Below, one piece after another: positions 1 through 12,959 of a stretch of 64,000 nucleotides of DNA. Under the pieces are notes generated by a model. The model had not been told where the DNA came from. It made no database searches and saw nothing but the letters and a program-made list of their open reading frames with translations. Source of the stretch: Octopus sinensis. Taxonomy: Eukaryota. The stretch lies in NCBI RefSeq assembly GCF_006345805.1, contig NC_043002.1:28272001-28336000 (forward strand). The letters run 5' to 3'. Within the stretch, counting starts at the first letter, position 1; every line of letters starts with the position of its first letter. Both the position numbers and the translations under genes were made by a program.

Positions 1-554
1 GAAGAGTAATGGCACGGGAGACATACGAAGTTATAAGTTATAAGTAAAGACGTATATGTCTAGGTATATATGTTTGTGTGTGTGTGTGTATACTCTGAGC
101 AAGCGAACGACACATAATACTTCGGGGTCACTGTCGATAGCTTACTTAAAATATATTGTGCGATCTTTCAATTAACGTTTGACTGTTTATAGTTATAACT
201 GTACATACAAAAATCATCAATACTTACGCCGGTGTGTGTATGTGTGTACATACATATACACACCCACACATACACACACACTCACACACCCCACACATAT
301 ACACACCTACACACATACATATATTCACATGTATACAAACATATATGTATTAATGATAATACATGTGGTTGAATGTATACAGACATATATATATATATAT
401 ATATATGCATGTAGACTATCTTTCCATCTCCCTTTCATTCTTACTCACTTGGTATCTGTCTCTCACTTTCTTATTTTCACTCTCCATCACTCTCCATCAC
501 TCTCTGTCTCTCTCTTTTTCTCTGTCTCTCTCACACACACACCTACACAACACA

Positions 555-600
<46 letters not shown>

Positions 601-944
601 CACACACACACGTACTCACTCATTCACTCTCTTTCCATTCCCCTTATGTTGCTAAACACGTCTTTATCACACTAGCCATCCATTATTATATTTTCCAAGA
701 CTTCGTAGATAGAATATTATGTTGACAACAAATCATCTGGAATGTTTATCGTTCTTTGACGTTTTGGCATTGTACCATTATTTTCGGTGTTGGAGCGACG
801 GTATGTTGAAATTTAAAATAACAGATGAATAAACTAAGAGAAGAATGGTGGAGGACAGGTATGAGAACTGTGTGGGAAGCTGGTGAAGACGGAAGGAAGA
901 GAGGTAGGTAGGTTGGTGAGTATGAATGTATAAATGTATATACG

Positions 945-1165
945 TACGTATGTATGTATGTATGTATGTATGTAGTATGTATGTATGTATGTATGTATGT
1001 ATGTATGTATGTATGTATGTATGTAGTATGTATGTATGTATGTATGTTGTATGTATGTATGTATGCATGCATGTATGTATGTATGTATGTATGTATGTTT
1101 GTATGTATGTATGTATGTAGGTAGGTATGTAGGTAGGTAGGTAGGTAGGTAGGTTGGTAGGTAAG
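945..1165. repeat. (TATG)n/(TAGG)n compound microsatellite
   Basis: Direct tandem tetranucleotide repeat; the overlapping YIHT/MYVC ORFs are artefacts. Confidence 0.95.
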
Positions 1166-1300
1166 GAGCATTGGTTGTGAGTATGGCTGGATTGAATGTT
1201 CGATCGAGACTTTGATAGATAGATGAACCAACACTGATAAAGAGACACAAAATTATAGACGCGCGCGCACACACACACACACACACGCACACACACATAG

Positions 1301-1361
<61 letters not shown>

Positions 1362-1384
1362 ATGGTATATTACGTATACCGTAT

Positions 1385-1560
1385 ATAAGATCTCTAAGCA
1401 TGGCTGTATTGTTAAGAAGTTTGTTAGCAAACCTGTGGTACAGGTTTCGTATGCACAGCGTAGCACTGTGTGTGAGTGTCTTCTGCTATCGTCGCGGAGT
1501 CAGTCCAATGTCTTGTAAGTGAATTTGGTTGAGAGAAACTGAAGGGAATCCTGTCAACTG
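1385..1560 (+). mobile_element. Degenerate tRNA-derived SINE (family A)
   Basis: Similar to copies at 7006-7148 and 44137-44300 (gtgtcttctgctat...ttgtaagtgaatttgg...gaaactgaa). Confidence 0.6.
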
Positions 1561-3186
1561 TCGTATTTATGTGAGGCGCATGCGATGTGGTGTATTCATG
1601 CGTATTTGTTTCCCAGTACCTGATAACCGGTGCAGGTTGTTTACGTCCCCTTACTTTATTTAGTGGTGCCCTTTCAATAAATAGAGACAGAAGGAATAAA
1701 TACCAGCTCTCAAATAAATATTGGGATTGATTTGATCAATGAAAAATCCTTCAAGGTGGGAGTTCAGCATCTCGGCAATCCAATGACGGAAACGAATGAA
1801 GTAAAGAAAACATTTTGTATATGTGAATGTATATATGTATATATGTGCATGTACAAGCACACACATGCACACATACTCACACGCACACACACATTTTCAG
1901 GAAAATTATCGTCATACTTCGCATGAAATCCTCAACAGAGGACAGACATACAAACATAATGACTGCAAGAATATACAATATGCATAAGTATTTCGCTTCC
2001 TACCACTTTTCTGACGGCCGGATGGTAAAATAGTATATTTATATTCTTTGTCCATTTAAAAGGTTAACTGCTGCCTTTAATATAAAATATAATCAATTTT
2101 ATCATATAGAGTTTGTAAAGGCAGCGAGCTGACAGAATTTTAAGCTATCTTTCCGAGCGAATGTTGTTTTCCTAAAACATTTATCTTTAAAATAATTTAT
2201 TTCATAGTCTGAAAATACTATATATATATACTTTATATATTTACTTTTAGTGAGGTGACTTCTTTATAAACAACGTCCCTAGTCAAGATCTTCTTTTCAT
2301 CATTATGCTGTATCTTTCCAGTTAATTTAAAGGTGAGTTGGCTGCTCGTCGTATCAGGTAGAGAAACTACATAGAAACTCACATTTGTAAATATGTGTCT
2401 ATGTTAGTATTGTATGTGACAGACGATGAATGCTAAACAGAATTTTTTTGTCCACAACATTAACGTAAAATTTCAGTAACATACCTTAGCCCAAAGACCT
2501 CATATACAACCAAACTGGTAAGCGTTAAGTTTCAGTGAATTATTTTCACATACGATACGGAATGTTTTCATAACATATGTTTTTTAGTTTCACGATTGTT
2601 GCAATATCAACAAATATTGAAGTTGAAAATATTACATCTGACATACAAACGGCGGCAGAATTAACTACTTTACTGGCAGGAGCTTTTTGTAAAATTGTTT
2701 ACCAACCTCAGTCATATGCAGTTTGAAGAGGTAGAAGGAACTGCATTCGATAAATAGGTTTACAGTGAAATACATTTTACTGACTGAAATTGTTACTAGA
2801 TATGTTGCTACTTTTATTACCTTTCTCTTTTTTCTTCTAGACTTTATCATTTTCCTTTCAAAACTCAGTCTCTTCCTGTATTTCAAAGTGAAATACTTAT
2901 GGAAATTTTTTTTCGGTGCTATGTAAGAGGACAAGATAAACTTTGGCCAAAAATAAAACATCAGCCTTATTGTTTTTTAAGTTGCATAAGTAAATTCATT
3001 GAATAAATTGAACAAATGCAATTGTTTGTTTTTTGCTTGTTTTTTTGTTGTTTTTCTTTGGCTTTTTGCTTTTCTCAAAATAAATTACTTGAAAATCATT
3101 TTGATCTGAAGTAGCGTATGACTAACGAACAGATAGAAACACACCACTTCTATTGTAAAATAGATTGTTTCTAATATAGGTTTATA

Positions 3187-3335
3187 TCTGAGTTCAAGTT
3201 CCGCCGAGACTGACTTTGCCATTCATCCTTTCGTGATCGATTAAATAAGTACCATTTGAACACCGATGTGGATGTGATAGACTAACGCTTTTCTCACCCT
3301 AGTTTCAGGGATTGTCCCTATAGTAGAAAGGGTTA
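3187..3335 (+). mobile_element. Degenerate SINE family B
   Basis: B-box-like ctgagttcaagttccgccgag followed by gactttgccattcatcctttc, as in the other family B copies. Confidence 0.75.
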
Positions 3336-4199
3336 TTCGTGTTTCTCTGTCTAGATGCTATGGCGAAAGTGTTGTGCGGAGAAAGTGGCATCCATCCACT
3401 TCGGTTAAAGCCTCATCGACTCTTTTAAATTCTACTTGGAAAGAGAGGAGAGGGTGGAAAGGGAAATGCTACCGCTCAGTGAATTTGTGAAAAGGTGGGT
3501 GACTGTAGCAAAAATAGTTAGATTGAATGTACCGTAAGCATGTACCTCTAGATTCGAGAACAAATGTTGGGCGAGAAATCGTGCCTTTGGTGATCAGGGT
3601 AGTACTGGATCTGTAGGGTTTCTTGACTGGCCCTAGTTAGATTTTCTTCTTTATCAGGAGGACTGCATCATTTATGCCTTCACATACTTTGTTTGATAGG
3701 CGCACTTTTGTTTTATTTCACAATGTTTTCCATTTTTCCTCTCATCTTTTATGTAACCCCCCACACAAATTGTAAACTGTCATTGTGATGCCCCCCCCCT
3801 CATCTATACCCCTAAAGCTAATAAAAAATCTCATTACTCTGTATTTTCTACCTTTGCTTCTTTGAGAAATCAAAGGAAATGACTACTATTCCCTTCAAAC
3901 TCTGGGGTTTGCATAAACGTGACAAAAGCAAAGTTTGATGAAAATATTAGCCATTTTCCATTCTTTCTGGGGGTAAGCAAATAGGAAATAACAATTGCTA
4001 CCCAAGGACAAAAATCGTGTTACACAGTGTTATCATCAACATCGTCGTACTCATCCTCTTCCTCGTCACAGCATCATCATCATCATCATTATTGTCGTTG
4101 TTGTTATCTGCACCATTATTATTAACGGAATCTGTCGTACGACAATTCTGCCATTTTCTAGAAAGTTAGCAGTGGACATGTGTGTGCAACCACGTTCTT

Positions 4200-4900
4200 A
4201 GGAAACTCTGGCATTATGGAACATCAGCTGGCCAGTTTTCATTGTTTCTTGAACGAATCGCTGTTTCGAACTGTACTCTACGGACTGTTGCACCGTCATC
4301 CGGATCTGTCCAAGTCTTGTTGATCTGTGAATTTATGTCGAACTGGCGGCCATCAACCGACTCCATAGTGAGCATTGTCTGGCGAACTTCTTTTTATCAG
4401 AAATGTGTGAAGACTGAAAGGACTCAGGATAGGAACTTTTGCTTCTACCAAGCCCTCAGCAACTCCAGGCTCCACCTAGGAAGGAAAACAAGGATGCAAG
4501 TTTGAGACTTATGGTAATAGCTTGTATGAGTGAACATATTCTCAACTAGCCGTCACTCAAAAGGAGCGTATGACCAGGTAACATCTTCTATGCCTTTCGT
4601 TAATTGTTTTAGCTGCCTGTGTACTCATGAGAAGACGTACATCACTTCTCAACTTCCTCTTCTTTGATATAGCGAAACAGCAAGCATGGGACCAATGGAG
4701 GGTGAGAAGAATTCACCAGCTGTAGGCTGGTACTCATTTTCAGTTCATTAGACGGGAACCACGTGAAATGGAAGACCGGCCCGTCAAGGAGTTGAGGCCA
4801 CGGCCTTACGAACGTAAGCTAACTATTCTAACCTGCTGGCCAAGCTTGTAGTAAAACGAAAAGCATCGGAGAGATGGGATATTAGCCTTCAGCCGTTAGG
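4200..4900 (+). mobile_element. Possible highly degenerate LINE 3' remnant plus SINE-like tail (unclassified)
   Basis: GC-balanced island; weak resemblance of LFRTVLYGLL / VWRTSF to RTE-type C-termini. Not diagnostic. Confidence 0.25.
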
Positions 4901-5744
4901 ATAGCACTGGATATGTGGAGGCCTATGATTGTCCCTAGGTGGCAGCCACATATGGGGATGTCTCATTTTATTCCTCTTCCATACGTTTATTTTCCATCCC
5001 TTACTCTGTCCCTGTGCACCATTTTGCTTTGCTACTTTCTTTTTATTTATTTAATTATTTCTCTTATAATTTCCCCGTGTTTTACATATCTCTTCTTTTG
5101 TCACCCTTGTAGCAGTAATAAACAAAGAATTATTAACATTATTATTATCACCTTCATTATTACTGTTATCATTTTTGTTATCGTTGTTGTTGCTATTTTT
5201 AGAGTTATTGTTATAAATATAATCATCATTATTGCTATTGTTATTCCTGTTGTGCTTGGCTGTTGTAGATGGTGTAGATGTTATTGTTGCCGTTGTATTT
5301 TTACGTTTCGTTAAACAAAGGGATTATTTATGTTTATTAAATTTACTTGCCGTCATAATCCATGTTTGTAGCGACAAGGCCTCAACAGGAATTAGTCTTA
5401 GACTGACAAAAAACAGCAACAACAACAATAACATCATCATCAACATCTCAAGATTTTATGTCATTCCTTATCATCCCGAAACGGCTTCCCATTGTTTTCC
5501 TATCCACGCAGTCTGTACGGAGTTTTCTTAATCTTTTCTAACATTCCTTCTTCGCTTCTTTATACACTTTGCTTTAATGCTCTCATCTCCGTCCGCATCA
5601 TTTTCCTTGCTTTGTCTTCTTTCATTCTTTCGTGTTTTCGTTCCGTTCATTTCGTTTTCCAAACCTTCTACCGCGACTCTCTACCTCCCTACGACCCACC
5701 CTCTCTAACACCCGCCAGCACACTCACACAACCTCTGATGGGGC

Positions 5745-5750
5745 ATATAT

Positions 5751-5792
<42 letters not shown>

Positions 5793-5893
5793 ATATCTAT
5801 ATATATATATACACATATACACTATACACATATATATATACACACATATACACTATACACATATATATATACATACATGTGTCTAAGCGTATA

Positions 5894-5965
<72 letters not shown>

Positions 5966-6012
5966 TAATGTATATATATGTGTATGCATATATATATATT
6001 TACATATATATG

Positions 6013-6050
<38 letters not shown>

Positions 6051-6110
6051 CTTATGTATATATATCTATATATATATATACATACATACATTTTATATGC
6101 ATACATACAC
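5745..6110. repeat. (TA)n-rich compound microsatellite
   Basis: Direct inspection. Confidence 0.95.
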
Positions 6111-6761
6111 ACCATTCACAAATACACAGACTAATAGATATATGTGCGTTTGCGTATGTGTTGGAGTGGTGAAGTGGCGCCGTTGTTTATGTTTTATGAA
6201 AATACTGTGGCGTGTCGTGAAGCGTTTTCTTCAAACTCTAGAGATATGTCACTAGAGAAAGGAATTGTATTGTCGCAGGCAGTGGTTATGATGGTGTTTC
6301 TATTATTAGTAATGCCGGCGATGATGTTGTTCCTGGTGTTATTAATAATGATGATGATGATAATGACGATGACGACGACGACGACGACGATGATGATGAT
6401 GTTAGTAATAGTTGTGGTGATGATGATAGACTACGTCTGCAGCTGCTGCTGACACAGATCACGGAGGTGAGGTTGCCTAACGATGGTGGTGATAATGATG
6501 ATAATGATTATCATCATCATCATCATCATCACCATCATTGTGTAGTTTAAGCTGACAGTGCCGATATTTCTAAGGAAGAGGGTGATGATGATATTAATGT
6601 TTGTCCTCGTATTGATGCTGATAATGACACAATGATAAGTATAGAGACGATGATAATCTGACTATAATGGCGATTATACGTGAATAAGTATAAACGTGAT
6701 TGACCACTCCATTTCTATCAACCTCCCCGTCTAAGTCGAACTACTCTTTTACTCTTTGCTC

Positions 6762-6965
6762 TTTTACTTGTTTCAGTCATTTGACTGCGGCCATGCTGGA
6801 GCACCGCCTTTAGTCGAGCAAATCGCCCCCCCTCAGAACTTATTCTTTGTAAGCCTAGTACTTATTCTATCGGTCTTTTTTGCCGAACCACTAAGTTACG
6901 GGGACGTAAACACGCCAGCATCGGTTGTCAAGCGATGTTGGGGGGACAAACAGAGAAACACAAAC
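6762..6965 (+). mobile_element. Interspersed repeat (ttacttgtttcagtcatttgactgcggccatgctggagcaccgcc family), SINE-like
   Basis: Recognised from memory as a high-copy octopus repeat; ends in an (AC)n tail. Only one copy in the window. Confidence 0.6.
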
Positions 6966-6971
6966 AGAGAA

Positions 6972-7005
<34 letters not shown>

Positions 7006-7006
<1 letters not shown>

Positions 7007-7148
7007 CGACGGGCTTCTCTCAGTTTCCGTCTAGCAGATCCACTCACAAGGCTTTGGTCGACCCGAGGCCATAGTAGAAGACACTTGCCCAAGGTGCCAC
7101 GCAGTGGGACTGAACCCGGTACAATGTGGTTGGTAAGCAAGCTACTTT
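7006..7148 (-). mobile_element. tRNA-derived SINE family A
   Basis: Reverse complement matches 44137-44300 (gggttcagtcccactgcgtggcacc B-box-like; gaaactga..gaagcccgtc 3' end plus (TA)n tail). Confidence 0.85.
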
Positions 7149-7465
7149 ATTGCATAAAATTTGTCATATAGACAGTACAAAGAGTGTGTAGCTTTGCGGG
7201 CTGTACAAATACATTAATGAAATAAAATGAAATAAAATGAATAAATGAGAGACGAAACCCAACACCCGCCGATTGGATTTTTCTCGAAAACATTTTTTCT
7301 TTTTTTAAAAAATCAATATGAGGTTTCAAACCTCTTATAAAAAGGAGGCACTAAAACCTCTTACATAACATGTTTTTTTTTTAAACACACAATTGAGGTT
7401 ACAGACCACTACAAATAATACAATAAGATGAGGTTTCAAAGCCTCTAACGAGGATTTTTCACCTC

Positions 7466-8470
7466 TTACTCATCGATATATTCATCATTATCTTCAATGC
7501 CGCTTGAGTTCCTGTATCCCGCCATTTTCCATGAATCACTCATGTAGGACATGTAAGTCGTATAAGGGCCACCCGGCCATATGCGACACTCCTCCCCGAA
7601 TCCTTTAAACCTTTCCCACAAGGGAAACCTTATGACCTCCACAGCTATCTGCGGAGACCATTCGGGATCTCGCGTGAAGGGCATATCTACTGTCTCTTTA
7701 TGTTCTACTTTTTTCCACCTCCCCGCCCTTGTAGAAAAAGATAATTAATTCATCATCTTTAAGGGTGGGGGTCGTTTCTTCCTCCGTGGGTGACACAACT
7801 TCGGGACGTGCAGACGGCACATCATATCCCCCCTGCGATGACCCGTTCTTTCTTTTTTTTCTTTTCTTCCTGACTTCGGGAGAGTGTTGCTCTTCCACTT
7901 TGTCCGGAATCTCTCCCCCACCTCCCAAAGCCTTAGGTTCCTTCGGCGGGCAACTATTGTTGCCCACCTTTTCCCTTTTTAATGCATTTTGGGTTAACCA
8001 CATCCACCGCTCCCTTTGACCGGGTAGGGGAGGTGGCATGCAGTGACTGTTCCAGGACCTTACCATGGTCCTGGGAGCAGTTCTTTTTAATGTGGCCTGG
8101 CTGCAGGCACGAGTGGCACTTGGGGGTACGTCCCTCAAGTATCACCGGATATCTGCAGCCAGCCATTTTAAAAACATCTGGAAAAACCAGATCTGTTGTG
8201 GCCGATGGGGTCCACAGGGTCAAAATCGCTCTTGACCCTCCCCAACCGACCGCCGGCAATACCCTTACATTTAAAAGCCTGGGTCCGCTATCCCCCAGTC
8301 CCCGTCGGATGGTATCTTCAATCCAATCCGCCTTGGTGCCTGGGGGTAACCCATATACCCAAGTTCTTATTAATTTCCTCCCGCAGTACAACGGGGGAAC
8401 AGAATTTCGTTGCTTTCTAAAGGCTGACTCGCAAATTGGCGAGCTTTTTCCTCGTTGTCAAACAGCAACC
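7466..8470 (-). pseudogene. LINE ORF1/gag-like protein with CCHC zinc knuckle (Tx1/L1-like), frameshifted
   Basis: ORF 7954-8391 contains CHSCLQPGHIKKNC (CX2CX4HX4C). The N-terminal LLFDNEEKARQFASQPL segment joins by a 1-nt shift, and the C-terminal pieces 7698-8138 and 7466-7684 join by further shifts. Confidence 0.7.
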
Positions 8471-8479
8471 ATACGGTTG

Positions 8480-9257
8480 CATGTTTAAGACAGAGAAAAA
8501 TTGCTATGGTTGACTAAAAGTGATTTAAAACCGCACACGGAGGCTCTAACCTATGTTGCCCGAGAGCAAGAACGAGTTACATCAAATGCAGAATAGACAA
8601 CACATCAGAAAGGGAGAATTGCAGAAACTGTGGACAAAATGGTGAAACCGTATGGCATATTACCACTCAATGTACGCCACTAGCCCAGAAAGAATATAAG
8701 AGACGTCATGACAATATAACAATGATTGTTCATTGGACACTTTGCAACAAGTATGGACTTGATAGAGCAAAAACGTGGTACGAACATGGCATGATCGAAA
8801 ATGATAATGCAAAGATCCTATGGAATTTTATGATTGAGTGCGACTAAGAAATATACATTAGGAAACCAGACATAGTGTTAATTGATAAAGAAAGAAAACT
8901 ATGCTGGATCATAAATATAGCATGCCCAGCTGACAACAAGGTATGTGATAAGGAAGAAAGAAAAGTCGAAAGATATCTCAGGTTAGCTTGGGAGGTTAAG
9001 CAATTGTGGTCGCTGAAGAATATGGTGGTAGAACCAATACTTGTTGGAGCCCTGGGAACAGTGAGTAAGAATCTTGAGAAGTATACGGAACAAATTGGGG
9101 CTGCAATAAGGATGAAGCACTTGCAAAAAACAGCACCGCTTGGAACCGCTCGAATACTCCGGATGGTGCTCGAAAAATAAGGGGTGTTATCTTAGTTCAC
9201 TGGCAGTCAGCAGCTAGCACCGCAGTACATCTCCAGCGTTAGAAGCTGTGCATAGAC
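8480..9257 (+). mobile_element. R4/Dong-clade non-LTR retrotransposon, 5'-truncated (copy D1)
   Basis: WLTKSDLKPHTEA, CRNCGQNGETVWHITTQC (CCHC), RRHD, RKPDIVL (RLE), ILVGALG...LGTARILR; stop at 9180; short 3' UTR then (AAT)n. Confidence 0.9.
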
Positions 9258-9278
9258 AATAGTAATATAATAATAATA

Positions 9279-9340
<62 letters not shown>

Positions 9341-9342
<2 letters not shown>

Positions 9343-9738
9343 CCTTTCTACTATAGGCACAAGGCCTGAAATTTGGGGAAGGGTAGTAGCCGATCACGAC
9401 GATCCTAGTGTGTCACTGGTACTTCATTCATCAACCTCGAAAGGATGAAAAGCAAAGTCGACCTCAGCGGAATTTGAACTCATAACGTAGCGGTAGACGA
9501 AATACCTATTTCTTTACTACTCAGAAGGGGCTAAACACAGAGAGGACAAACAAGGACAGACATAGGCATTAAGTCGATTATATCGACCCCAGTGCGTAAC
9601 TCGTACTTATTCAATCGACCCCGAAAGGATGAAAGGCAAAGTTGAACTCGGCGGAATTTGAACTCAGAACGTACGGCAGACGAAATACGGCTACGTATTT
9701 CGCCCGGCATGCTAACGTTTCAGCCAGCTAGCCGCCTT
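9341..9738 (-). mobile_element. Dimeric SINE family B
   Basis: Two B-box cores (ggcggaatttgaactcagaacg on + strand) joined at gacgaaatac; head ends gccgcctt; flanked by (AAT)n. Confidence 0.9.
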
Positions 9739-9752
9739 AAATAATAATAATA

Positions 9753-9814
<62 letters not shown>

Positions 9815-9816
<2 letters not shown>

Positions 9817-10212
9817 CCTTTCTACTATAGGCACAAGGCCTGGAATTTGGGGAAGGGTAGTAGCCGATCACGACGATCCTAGTGTGTCACTGGTACTTCA
9901 TTCATCAACCTCGAAAGGATGAAAAGCAAAGTCGACCTCAGCGGAATTTGAACTCATAACGTAGCGGTAGACGAAATACCTATTTCTTTACTACTCAGAA
10001 GGGGCTAAACACAGAGAGGACAAACAAGGACAGACATAGGCATTAAGTCGATTATATCGACCCCAGTGCGTAACTGGTACTTATTCAATCGACCCCGAAA
10101 GGATGAAAGGCAAAGTTGAACTCGGCGGAATTTGAACTCAGAACGTACGGCAGACGAAATACGGCTACGTATTTCGCCCGGCATGCTAACGTTTCAGCCA
10201 GCTAGCCGCCTT
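9815..10212 (-). mobile_element. Dimeric SINE family B, tandem duplicate of 9341-9738
   Basis: 474-bp offset; I see one substitution (9602 c vs 10076 g). Confidence 0.9.
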
Positions 10213-10235
10213 AAATAATAATAATAATAATAATG

Positions 10236-10314
<79 letters not shown>

Positions 10315-10320
10315 TAATAA

Positions 10321-11451
10321 CATGAAGACAAGAAGCCGTCATACTCAGTAACAAAACAGGCAAAGGAATTCCAAATACAACAAATTACAGAATTAGACGT
10401 ACTAGAAACAAGCACAGAAACAGCTAAGCGTATGAAAACACGTGCTAAAATTGTTGCCTTAAATATTCTTACTGATAAATGGCAAGAAAACCTTCTTAAT
10501 CGCTAATACCCAAAGAGAGATAATAGTGCCGATGTTGACAAAGCACTAACTCATCAATGGTTTGTGTCTTCTGGCTTAAAATCAGAAACAGAAGGCTTTA
10601 TTTTAGCAGCCAAGGATCAATACCTACCTACAACAAACTACCAGGCCAACATATTAAGGAACGGCAGTAGCCCAACATGTCGTGTATGTCAACAACAAAA
10701 TGACACCATTGATCATGTTGTATCCAAGTGTAGTCTTCTTGCTCCTATATAGTATCTCAATAGGCACGATAGAGCAGCACAATATATTCACTGGGTAATT
10801 TGCAAAAACCTGGACCTGCCCCATAATAAAAACTGGTGGGAACACAAACCACCTCCAGTGCTTGAGAATGATTGCATCTCACTCCTCTGGAACTTCACCA
10901 TTCAAACTGACAGAAAGAGAGAGGCGAATAAGTCATATATTATATTGAAAGACTTCAGGCAAAAATCATGCCTCTTCATTGATATGAGTGTCCCAATCGA
11001 TATAAACGTATCTGTCAAGATCTACCAAAAACTGCGCAAGTATAAAGATCATGAAATAGAAATTGGCAAAATGTGGAGACTAAAGACTAAAACAATACCT
11101 GTTGTCATAATTGCCCTAGGTATGATAACAAAAGCGGCTGATTCCTACCTAGCTCAGATACCAGGAAACCCCAAAACGGCAGAAATTCAAAAGATAGTGC
11201 TCATGGCAACTGGCCATATCCTACGTAAAAATATCCTACGTAAAATACTGACTATGTAATCTTAAATTTTAAAACAAACTCATAATTTTCTTATGGTTTC
11301 TAAAACATTCTCTGGAACAATACTATGTACAAAACTAAATATATGGCACCCTAGGCATATCACCAACATGAACTTCTAACTTATTGTCTCTTGAGATCTC
11401 AGGGTGAGACTTGGAGCCAACATGTACAAATGCAAAGCAAAAGTCAAACAT
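10321..11451 (+). mobile_element. R4/Dong element, 5'-truncated (copy D2, same subfamily as D5)
   Basis: GLKSETEGFILAAKDQ, CRVCQQQNDTIDHVVSKC and RLE region; 3' UTR ends caaaagtcaaacat as at 24500; (AAT)n on both sides. Confidence 0.92.
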
Positions 11452-11453
11452 AA

Positions 11454-11493
<40 letters not shown>

Positions 11494-11513
11494 TAATAAT
11501 AATAATAATAATA

Positions 11514-11605
<92 letters not shown>

Positions 11606-12174
11606 TACCACCACCAACAACAACACCACTACCACTACCACCACAAACACCACTACTACTCCTACGACCACCAGCACCATTACCACCACGACTACTATTA
11701 CTGCAACTACTACTACACACATACATCCACATACACAAGCAGATGCAAATACATTAATATAAGAGTATATATGTGTTGTGCGTGCGTATATATATACACA
11801 CACACATACATATATATATATATGCATATGTGTATATATACGTACATATACATACACATTCCTATATAATTATGTATGCTTGAGTGTGTTTATGCATCTA
11901 CTCCTCTATTTATTCATCTATCTCTATGTGTGTATCGAGACACAAATACATACAAGTATGCACACATATACCCATATACACATATACACATATACACACG
12001 TACACATATAGTGAAAGCTATCCACACATATGCATATGAAGAGTATAGTAGAAGAGTATGAAATATGGCTTGAGAGAGAGGGTACGAGAGAGAAAGAGCA
12101 AGAGCAAGAGGGAGATTAAGAGAGATAGAATAAGAGAGATAGAATAAGAGAGAAAAGATTTTTTCTACTCTACA

Positions 12175-12360
12175 GCGGATCGTTAGCACGCCGGGTGAAG
12201 CGCTTAGCCGTAATTTTTCCGTCGCTACGTTGTGAGTTCAAATTCCGCCGAGGTTGACTTTGCCTTTCATCCTTTCAGATCGATAAATTGAATACCAGTG
12301 AAACGCTGGGGTCGATCTTATCGATTAGTCCACTCCCACCAAATTTCAGGCCTTGTTTCC
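12175..12360 (+). mobile_element. SINE family B
   Basis: atcgttagcacgccggg...gagttcaaattccgccgagg...gactttgcctttcatcctttc. Confidence 0.85.
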
Positions 12361-12642
12361 AGGGGTTGATTATTTAAACCCCAAAGAATTCCTCTCAACA
12401 CATGGCTATGATACTCTGCCACTACTTTTGCACGTAATCAAAGATGCACATATCGTCAGCCACTAAGCTACATGCTCAGCAGGTTATGATCAAGTAACTG
12501 ACAAGTAAGTCTGCGGTATTGAGCAGAATATTTGCTGTCGCCTATCTTTTACACCAAGACAAAATATGTACATGATAACACTTCCAATCAACTAAGGTCA
12601 CAAGCAATGGGAGCCACTGCTTGGTATTGCATCAGTGTATTT
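12361..12642 (-). mobile_element. Family C non-coding interspersed repeat, partial, inverted
   Basis: Reverse complement matches the first half of 25922-26470; abuts (TTA)n at 12643. Confidence 0.85.
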
Positions 12643-12659
12643 GTTATTATTATTTTTAA

Positions 12660-12862
12660 GGGGGCAAGCTGGCAGAATAGTTAGCACATCGGGCAAATTT
12701 AATAGCTGCATTTCGTCCGTCCTTATATCTGAGTTCAAATTCCGCCGAGGTCGACTTTTCGTCTTATCCATTGGGGATCGATTAAATGAGCTGCAGTTGA
12801 ACACTGGAGTATATGTAATCGACTTATTCCCTCTCCGAAGTTGCTGGCCTTGTGCCTAAATT
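12660..12862 (+). mobile_element. SINE family B
   Basis: A-box-like ggcaagctggcagaatagttagc; B-box gagttcaaattccgccgagg. Confidence 0.85.
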
Positions 12863-12959
12863 TGTGGGCTTGTTGTGGCTGTTGAATTGCATACATGCGT
12901 GAAGGCTTCAACATCAATAATTCTATCCCATTGAACACGGTTTACCACAGCTCGTCTCT

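Noticed and set aside
179-6255. Many overlapping ORFs rich in YI/HT/VC/MY
   Set aside because: Translations of (TA)n, (CA)n and (TATG)n microsatellites, which lack stop codons in several frames.
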